A stretch of DNA of 33,398 nt from Bryobacterales bacterium (GTDB lineage Bacteria; Acidobacteriota; Terriglobia; Bryobacterales; Bryobacteraceae): assembly GCA_016880505.1 (NCBI GenBank), contig JAEHDI010000533.1, positions 1-33,398 of the forward strand, given 5' to 3'. Below, in pieces: positions 27,886-33,398 of the stretch (positions are counted from its first letter, which is position 1; every line of letters starts with the position of its first letter). A program made the position numbers and the translations under genes. The notes below the pieces were generated by a model, which saw only the letters and a list, made by a program, of their open reading frames with translations, did no database searches and was not told where the DNA came from.

Positions 27886-29865
27886 ATGCAATCGCGAATA
27901 CGGCTTGTGGCCGTCGTTTTCCTGCTGTTCGCTTCGTTTCTGGCTACTGGTTTTGCCGCGGCGCCCCCGGACGGCCAGAATCCGCCGGCACACGTGATCT
28001 ACTCGGACCGGCACGACTCCTCTGCTCCGCTGCACACCATCAGGCCCAATCCGCCCAGGGCGGGTGAGATTCTCGAACTGCCGCGCAAGTGGCTGCCCAA
28101 CCGGCCGGGTGTTACGCCTCCGGGCGAGACCGATTCCGTGGTGCAGAGCGCTCCTGGAACGGAGGCAGCGCCGACAACAACCGTGACCTTTGAGGGCGTC
28201 AACAATGTAAGCGGTGTTCTGCCGCCCGACACCGTCGGGGACGTCGGCCCGAATCATTACGTCCAGGCCGTCAACCTTGCCTTCGCCATCTACAACAAGA
28301 GTGGTACGAAGCTTTACGGCCCTGCGAATATCAACACGCTCTTCAGCGGATTCGGCGGCGCCTGCGAGACCCGCAACGACGGTGACCCGATCGTGCTCTA
28401 CGATCACCTCGCCGACCGCTGGCTCATCAGCCAGTTCGCCCTGCCCAACTTCCCCTTCGGGCCGTTCTACCAGTGCATCGCGATTTCCCAGACACCCGAT
28501 CCAACCGGCACCTGGTACCGGTATGGCTTCCAAATCAGCAGCAATAAGATGAACGACTACCCGAAATTCGCGGTCTGGCCGGATGGCTACTACATGTCGA
28601 TGAACCAGTTCAACCAGGCAAGCTTGAGCTGGGGTGGCGCGGGCGCGGTGGTCTTCGAACGAGACAAGATGTTGCTCGGGCAATCCGCCCGGGCAGTGTA
28701 TTTCGATCTCTACTCCACGGACCCGAATCTCGGCGGGATGCTGCCTTCGGATCTCGATGGCACGGCGCCGCCCGCCGGGACTCCAAACTACTTCGCGCAG
28801 ATCGACGACAACGCTTGGGGCTACCCCGCCGATCAGCTGGAGATCTGGAAGTTCCAAACCAACTGGAGCCAGCCGGCATCGTCCACCTTTACACTCGCCA
28901 GGATCCTCCCAACAGCAAGTTTCGATGGCAACATGTGTGGAGGCTCCCGGAATTGCATCCCACAGCCGGGCGGTACCAAAGTGGACGCGATCGCGGACCG
29001 GCTGTTGTTCCGTCTTCAGTATCGGAACTTCGGCACGCATCAGACAATGGTCGCCAACCACACGGTGGACGTGAACGGCGCCGACCTCGCCGGCATTCGT
29101 TGGTACGAACTGCGAGACACAGGCTCCGGTTGGAACGTCTATCAGCAAGGTACGTACTCGCCGGACAGCACCCATCGCTGGATGGGTAGTATCGCGATGG
29201 ACGGTTCCGGCAACATCGCCCTCGGATACAGCGCATCCAGTACCAGCGTCTCCCCGTCAATCCGATACACCGGACGGTTGGCGAGTGACCCCCTAGGCCA
29301 GATGACCCTCGGCGAGGGGACCGTCATCGCGGGCAGTGGCTACCAGACGCACTCCAGCGGCCGCTGGGGCGACTATAGCGCGATGTCCGTGAAAGAAGAT
29401 GACTGCAGCTTCTGGTACACACAGGAGTATTACAACGGAGTGAGTTCCGCCTCATGGCGGACTCGCGTGGGCTCTTTCCAGATCAGTGCCTGCGGCTCGC
29501 TGCCGCCTCCACCGCCGCCCGCGACTCCAGTGCATTCGGGTGACCTTGACGGCGCCTCGGCTGCCCTACCGCGGAACAAGTGGCAAGCGACCGTCACCGT
29601 CACGGTGCACAATGACTCTCAAGTCGCCGTCTCCGGAGCCACGGTTTCCGGAACCTGGAGCGGCGGCTACTCCGCCACGGGCGCTTGCACGACCGACGCG
29701 TCCGGGCAGTGCAGCGTGACGACCGGTGGTATCCCTGCCAAAAAGACCAGTGCGACGTTCACCGTGAACAACATCAGCGGAACAAACCTGACCTATCAGG
29801 CGACTTCAAATCACGATCCCGACGGCGACAGCAACGGAACCACGATTACGGTGTTTAAACCGTAA
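27886..29865 (+). CDS. Secreted hypothetical protein (beta-rich, propeller-like body; Pro-rich linker; C-terminal beta-sandwich-like domain)
   Basis: 659 aa. Signal peptide MQSRIRLVAVVFLLFASFLATGFAAA. GGAG SD 8 nt upstream. It contains GRWGDYSAMSV...FWYTQEY, then a PPPPPP linker, then a Thr/Ser/Gly-rich approximately 120-aa C-terminal domain. No catalytic motif recognised. Confidence 0.75.
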   Translation: MQSRIRLVAVVFLLFASFLATGFAAAPPDGQNPPAHVIYSDRHDSSAPLHTIRPNPPRAGEILELPRKWLPNRPGVTPPGETDSVVQSAPGTEAAPTTTVTFEGVNNVSGVLPPDTVGDVGPNHYVQAVNLAFAIYNKSGTKLYGPANINTLFSGFGGACETRNDGDPIVLYDHLADRWLISQFALPNFPFGPFYQCIAISQTPDPTGTWYRYGFQISSNKMNDYPKFAVWPDGYYMSMNQFNQASLSWGGAGAVVFERDKMLLGQSARAVYFDLYSTDPNLGGMLPSDLDGTAPPAGTPNYFAQIDDNAWGYPADQLEIWKFQTNWSQPASSTFTLARILPTASFDGNMCGGSRNCIPQPGGTKVDAIADRLLFRLQYRNFGTHQTMVANHTVDVNGADLAGIRWYELRDTGSGWNVYQQGTYSPDSTHRWMGSIAMDGSGNIALGYSASSTSVSPSIRYTGRLASDPLGQMTLGEGTVIAGSGYQTHSSGRWGDYSAMSVKEDDCSFWYTQEYYNGVSSASWRTRVGSFQISACGSLPPPPPPATPVHSGDLDGASAALPRNKWQATVTVTVHNDSQVAVSGATVSGTWSGGYSATGACTTDASGQCSVTTGGIPAKKTSATFTVNNISGTNLTYQATSNHDPDGDSNGTTITVFKP

Positions 29866-29886
29866 TCGAGTCGGAGTCTATCCGCC

Positions 29887-29922
29887 AAGGGCGGCCGGAG
29901 CCAATGGCTTCAGGCCGCCTTT
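29887..29922. terminator. Hairpin between convergent genes (probable terminator, better context on plus strand)
   Basis: AAGGGCGGCC-16 nt-GGCCGCCTTT (10 bp including one G-U, with further pairing AGCC/GGCT inside the loop). It is followed by TCTACGTTTCTTC on the plus strand. It ends at the stop codon of the LarA-like gene. Confidence 0.5.
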
Positions 29923-31269
29923 CTACGTTTCTTCTGGCAGGTCAAGGCGTGCGATCCCATGCTGGATGCCGGCATACGGGTAGACCGCAACGTGGACGTC
30001 GCCGCGATGCTGCCCCTTGAGCCGGTCGACGACGTCACTCCATGATCGGACGCCTTCAGCTTCGGGCGGGAAGTAGGGGTGGTCCAGTTCCCGAGCCTGG
30101 AGGTATTGCGAGTAAATCAAGACCTGCCGGGCCTGCGGAAAGCGGCGCTTCCGGGCTGCCCGCTGTTCGAAATACGACTTCCCTTCGTTGAATTTCCACT
30201 CATCGAGGTAATGCCAGACATACTCACCCATCGGATTCTGGTTGATCACCACGATGCTCCCGCCCTCTTTCAGCCCGCGAGCGCCCCATCCGAAGTGTTC
30301 ATGCAGTTGGCCGCCTTTGGGGTAGGCGTTGACCACAACAATGTCGGCATCCTTGGCGTATTCCGTGGCGAGGTGGTTTACGGCGTACCTCGCCGCCTTG
30401 TGGTGCGCCTTGACGATGTCGCCCGCGACCACGTGAACCGGACGCCGGTCCTGGTTGTACACGGTCTGTACGCTGAAATCGACCCCCACGCGCCTCGCCG
30501 CCTCGATCATGTCCTGGCGCTGCTCGTTCTCCCAGACGCGGAAGATCGGTACTCCGTCCCGGCCGGTCTGCGGTCTGCGGGCCCGCTTGATCTCCGTGTG
30601 CATGTAACGGATCGTCTTCATCCCCGAGATGCCGGGCAGGATGAGTTTCGGCCCGCCGCCGTAGCCCGGTGTCCCGTGGGCCTTTAGCCCGCTAAGTGTG
30701 ATCTTGACGTCGGCTTTCGAGTAGTAGGTATTGATCAGCAGGTGGTTGCCGGCTTTCGTCGTCCCCAGATCGGCCAGGTTCTCCCAGATGTTGTGGTTGA
30801 TCCACGGATGCCGCCGGACTGTCTCCTCGCCGAGCTTCTTTGCCACTTCCAGCCCATTCATCTGGTAGTGGGCCCCATATGCCGTCACGAACAGGATGTT
30901 CTCATCGCGAATGCCGGCTGCGCGCAGTTGTTCGATTACGTAGGGTACGATCTCGTACGTCGGAGTCGGCCGGGTCAGGTCGTCAAAGGCGATCGCTACG
31001 GTCTGCTTGCCTGCGGCGATCTCCCGTAGTGGCAGTGTGCCGACGGGACTCTGTACGGCCGTCCGAATTGCCGCCGGAGCCAGGGGAGGCGTGGCGTGTC
31101 CCTTCATATGCTGCACGGAAACGCGCCACCCGGGCGGGAAGGCAAACTCTTCCAGTTTGTCCCCGAACCATTCGTGGGTCCGGAGCGAGACGATCGAACC
31201 TCCGGTTTGCGATGCGGCAGACACCGTGCCCGCGACTGCTCCGGCCAGAAACCCTCTACGTGTCGGCAT
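29923..31269 (-). CDS. LarA-family (nickel-pincer-nucleotide dependent 2-hydroxyacid racemase/epimerase, DUF2088) homolog with Tat signal peptide
   Basis: 448 aa from the ATG at 31269, with GGAG SD 9 nt upstream. N-terminus MPTRRGFLAGAVAGTVSAAS (T-R-R-x-F-L Tat motif, h-region, A-x-A-like site). LarA hallmarks: DDLTRPTP (D-x-T-R), AYGAH (His108 equivalent), and KAH-x9-K-x15-H (spacing of His174/Lys184/His200 of L. plantarum LarA as I recall it). Confidence 0.8.
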   Translation of the reverse strand: MPTRRGFLAGAVAGTVSAASQTGGSIVSLRTHEWFGDKLEEFAFPPGWRVSVQHMKGHATPPLAPAAIRTAVQSPVGTLPLREIAAGKQTVAIAFDDLTRPTPTYEIVPYVIEQLRAAGIRDENILFVTAYGAHYQMNGLEVAKKLGEETVRRHPWINHNIWENLADLGTTKAGNHLLINTYYSKADVKITLSGLKAHGTPGYGGGPKLILPGISGMKTIRYMHTEIKRARRPQTGRDGVPIFRVWENEQRQDMIEAARRVGVDFSVQTVYNQDRRPVHVVAGDIVKAHHKAARYAVNHLATEYAKDADIVVVNAYPKGGQLHEHFGWGARGLKEGGSIVVINQNPMGEYVWHYLDEWKFNEGKSYFEQRAARKRRFPQARQVLIYSQYLQARELDHPYFPPEAEGVRSWSDVVDRLKGQHRGDVHVAVYPYAGIQHGIARLDLPEET

Positions 31270-31413
31270 ACCGATAGTCTCCGGCGGTTTCGCCACGCCG
31301 GTCAACTTGCAAATCATCCCGGACGACGAAATCCGTATGACTCCGTCATACTTTTGGCTGCGGTTGCGGAGGAAGTTCTAGGAAGGTGATATCCTATGCT
31401 ATCCAAGGTACTA

Positions 31414-31442
31414 TTGCAACTGGGAGTCTGTGGCTTTACGAT
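31414..31442 (+). promoter_or_regulatory. Candidate sigma70-type promoter for the flp gene
   Basis: TTGCAA-17 nt-TACGAT. It would give an approximately 87-nt 5' UTR containing the GC hairpin at 31469-31487. Confidence 0.3.
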
Positions 31443-31468
31443 AGGCTGAACTCGCACGGACCAAACGT

Positions 31469-31487
31469 GGGCGGGCTGTGCCCGCCC
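31469..31487 (+). other. Perfect GC hairpin in the flp 5' region (GGGCGGGC-TGT-GCCCGCCC)
   Basis: 8-bp all-G/C stem with a 3-nt loop. No following T-tract, so it is not a canonical terminator. It lies 49 nt upstream of the flp ATG. Confidence 0.5.
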
Positions 31488-31535
31488 CATACTCAGTCAA
31501 GATTGGCACAGAATCGCAGGAGGAAAAGACTGACG

Positions 31536-31721
31536 ATGAGGTCCCTTTGCATAGACTTTCTTGGGCAGCAGGAAGGTCAGGACTTAGTGGAGTACACGCT
31601 CCTGGTGGCTTTCGTCTGCCTGGTAGCCTCGGCGTTTTTCCTTGGCAGCCACAAAAGCATCTACACGATCTGGGAAGTGACCAACAACAACCTCTCCCAG
31701 GCTACAGAAACCATAAGCTGA
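31536..31721 (+). CDS. flp: Flp/Fap family type IVb pilin precursor
   Basis: 61 aa from the ATG at 31536, with AGGAGG SD at 31518-31523. The leader ends in G followed by QDLVEYTLLVAFVCLVA, which matches the Flp prepilin G/xxxxEY motif plus hydrophobic stretch. The upstream 50 codons of the track ORF are not protein-like. Confidence 0.8.
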   Translation: MRSLCIDFLGQQEGQDLVEYTLLVAFVCLVASAFFLGSHKSIYTIWEVTNNNLSQATETIS

Positions 31722-31734
31722 CACCGCGGCCCTG

Positions 31735-32415
31735 TTACTCCCCAGTTCGGCCCACGCCCCCGTTGTGGGGGAGGTAGTTGTGCGCCCAACCTCCTCGTGC
31801 ATCGGAGGCACCGACGCCGTCCAGCACCGTTGCGACGGACTGCTCTAACGGGTCTGTCCCACTTAGCACCAGGTCGGCGAAGCGGCGTGTCGGCAAGATG
31901 TACCTCTCCGCCATCGGGCGGACTGTGGAGTCAAACTGCTCCCGGACCGATTCCGGAGTGCGGCCTCGTTCCCGGACGTCTCTCTCCAACCGCCTCGCGA
32001 AGCAGATGTCGTCGTTCGCGTACACGAAAACGGTGGTTTTCAGCAGCGCCCGCAGCTCCTGCCAGTACAACGCGAACAGGCCCTCGACGATGACGAACTC
32101 CCAGGCTCGCACGCATCGGGTATCCGAGGCTCGAACGTGACGGGTAAAGTCATAGACCGGTACGTGAATCTCTTCGCCTCTCGAAAGCTGGCGGAGTTGG
32201 TTCACGAGCAGGTCCTTGTCGAGGGACTCCGGAACGTCGAAGTTCGTGCGCGGTCTCTCCTCAAACGGCAGATGAGCCAGGTCGACGTAGTAGGAATCGA
32301 GGGAGATGATCGGCGCGTGCAGACGGTCCGCGACTGCCCGCGCCAGTTCGGTCTTTCCGGCGCACGATGGACCCGCCACACCGATCAGGTGCGGTACCCG
32401 CACGCGAGAGCCCAT
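31735..32415 (-). CDS. udk: Uridine kinase (uridine/cytidine kinase, PRK family)
   Basis: 226 aa. P-loop GVAGPSCAGKTE, LDSYY, NFDVPESLD, VPVYDFTRHVR and VIVEG. Confidence 0.8.
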   Translation of the reverse strand: MGSRVRVPHLIGVAGPSCAGKTELARAVADRLHAPIISLDSYYVDLAHLPFEERPRTNFDVPESLDKDLLVNQLRQLSRGEEIHVPVYDFTRHVRASDTRCVRAWEFVIVEGLFALYWQELRALLKTTVFVYANDDICFARRLERDVRERGRTPESVREQFDSTVRPMAERYILPTRRFADLVLSGTDPLEQSVATVLDGVGASDARGGWAHNYLPHNGGVGRTGE

Positions 32416-32457
32416 AGGATACGGATCATAGCAATGGCGGCCCGGCCGACCAACGGC

Positions 32458-33183
32458 CTACTTCACTCCGCCCGTGACTGCCTCCCGGTACTCGAGCCAG
32501 AACACAGTTGCGCTCGCCAGCCCGCCTTGCTTGAGGATACGTAGTTCCTCGGTCACCGGCAGCGGCTTGTCGTGGTCGCGGGCTTCCAGGTCATCCAGGA
32601 ATGTCCTGACCGAGACAGTGTCCTGAAAGCGCTCGTCCCGGCCGGAGGCCCGCTGGACGATACCCTGAATGCGGACGTCCTGAATCCGCGCCTCTGTCCG
32701 CTCGTGTCCCGCGGTCACAACGTCTGCATTCAGGAACCATCCCCCCGGTTTCAGAAAAGAGAGTGCGTCCCTTACGACGCCGGTCTTTTCCTCCGGTGTC
32801 AGGTGGTGAAGCGCGTACGAGGAGAAAACAAACTCGCCTTGTTCGTTCGGGATGAGTCGCGACAACTCGCGGAAGTCTCCGACGCGGAACTCCACGCGGG
32901 ATGCCTCCGCGCCGAGCCTTGTTTTGGCCAGCTCGACCATGGAAGGTGCGCCGTCCACGGCGATCACCCGGCAGTTCGGAAACCGGCGCAGCACAGCCTG
33001 CGTGAAGTAGCCGGTGCCGGCGCCGAGATCCACTACGGTGAACGCGGCCTTCGCGTCAAAAGGCACGACCTCCAGGGCGATCTCAACCATCCGTGAGCGG
33101 TTGGGGTGCATCAGCGCCATGTCGGCGTCATAGGACGCCACCCGCGCCGGCAGGTCGTACGCCTGAATCGTTTCTTTGCTCAC
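32458..33183 (-). CDS. Class I SAM-dependent methyltransferase
   Basis: 241 aa. Motif I VVDLGAGTGYFT, followed by VIAVDGAPSM and the post-I / motif II pattern. Substrate unknown. Confidence 0.8.
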   Translation of the reverse strand: MSKETIQAYDLPARVASYDADMALMHPNRSRMVEIALEVVPFDAKAAFTVVDLGAGTGYFTQAVLRRFPNCRVIAVDGAPSMVELAKTRLGAEASRVEFRVGDFRELSRLIPNEQGEFVFSSYALHHLTPEEKTGVVRDALSFLKPGGWFLNADVVTAGHERTEARIQDVRIQGIVQRASGRDERFQDTVSVRTFLDDLEARDHDKPLPVTEELRILKQGGLASATVFWLEYREAVTGGVK

Positions 33184-33266
33184 AGCTTTTGGCGACTTCG
33201 CGAATCGAATGGAGCAGGGTCCAGCCTCTTAGACTAGCACTCCGTTGCCGCCCTGAGGCGCACCCT

Positions 33267-33398
33267 TCACCGGAAGTTCTCCACCAGCATCAGGTCGTGC
33301 CCGATTTCATCGAATTGAGGGTACAGAATCCAGCGACCGTCCGGAGAGACGGAAAGGGCGGAGTGGTCCCATGGCTTCTCAATCTGCATCACTTCTGT
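33267..33398 (-). CDS. 3' end (43 codons plus stop) of a gene running off the right edge; TolB/WD40-like beta-propeller C-terminus
   Basis: My own translation of the minus strand gives TEVMQIEKPWDHSALSVSPDGRWILYPQFDEIGHDLMLVENFR*. The SPDGRW block and the LMLVENF ending are typical of TolB-like propeller repeats at the C-termini of large acidobacterial-type proteins. Not in the ORF track because it is under 60 aa and partial. Confidence 0.5.
   Translation of the reverse strand, partial: TEVMQIEKPWDHSALSVSPDGRWILYPQFDEIGHDLMLVENFR

Noticed and set aside
27883-29175. 430-aa minus-strand ORF opposite the secreted-protein gene
   Set aside because: It is antisense to a longer ORF that has a signal peptide, an SD and protein-like composition. 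Its own sequence is Arg/Val/Gly-rich with no motifs, so it is a typical GC-rich shadow ORF.
31504-31517. Sigma54-like TGGCAC-N5-CGCA upstream of flp
   Set aside because: The GG-to-GC spacing is one nt shorter than the -24/-12 consensus, and TTGC is replaced by CGCA. The implied TSS would also fall after the AGGAGG Shine-Dalgarno sequence.
31386-31535. 111-aa version of the Flp ORF starting at 31386
   Set aside because: The extra 50 residues are not protein-like and span the GC hairpin. The internal ATG at 31536 has a strong AGGAGG SD and yields a typical 61-aa Flp prepilin.
1-33398. Window-wide look for tRNA/rRNA, CRISPR repeats, IS elements or transposases, integrases, prophage genes, and defence or toxin-antitoxin modules
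   Set aside because: I found no T-loop-type GGTTCGAATCC-like elements in intergenic DNA, no regularly spaced direct repeats, no terminal inverted repeats flanking a transposase-like ORF, and no ORFs with nuclease, ATPase or TIR/Sir2-type defence signatures. By-eye scanning can miss short or degenerate elements.

Overview
GC-rich bacterial chromosomal window. The gene content looks Acidobacteria-like (CarboxypepD_reg-type TonB-like receptors, Tat-exported Gfo/Idh/MocA oxidoreductase, long Pro-rich IF-2), but that is inference only. I call 26 complete CDSs and one partial CDS at the right edge. Most are housekeeping genes.

Gene order, left to right:
- ada, and a Tat-dependent Gfo/Idh/MocA oxidoreductase.
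- A divergent pair: a PurF-like amidophosphoribosyltransferase paralog and a stand-alone GMP-synthase ATP-pyrophosphatase subunit.
- A SYLF-domain protein abutting a TonB-dependent-receptor-like outer-membrane protein, and a secreted hypothetical.
- A roughly 10-kb co-directional minus-strand string, rimP-nusA-infB-DUF503(ylxP)-rbfA-apbE-hemE-hemH-hemY, with gaps of 110 nt or less and three 0-2 nt or ATGA junctions.
- An isolated nuoB, a long-form malQ, and a GAF-PAS-PAS-GAF-GGDEF-EAL protein.
- A ketose-3-epimerase-like and PMI-like cupin pair, and a 659-aa secreted hypothetical.
- A Tat-signal LarA (Ni-pincer racemase) homolog, an orphan Flp pilin, udk, and a SAM methyltransferase.

I found no tRNA or rRNA, CRISPR array, IS or transposase, integrase, or recognisable defence or toxin-antitoxin module. 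I therefore cannot point to a clear-cut novel system.

The most unusual items:
1. The PurF paralog has Pro in place of the N-terminal nucleophile Cys. It is paired divergently with a split GuaA PP-ATPase subunit.
2. The LarA homolog carries a canonical twin-arginine signal.
3. The translation-factor operon is fused to apbE-hemEHY. An intrinsic-terminator hairpin lies between a TATAAT box and rimP.
4. nuoB appears to be monocistronic.

All functional calls come from motif recognition by eye. No database search was run.
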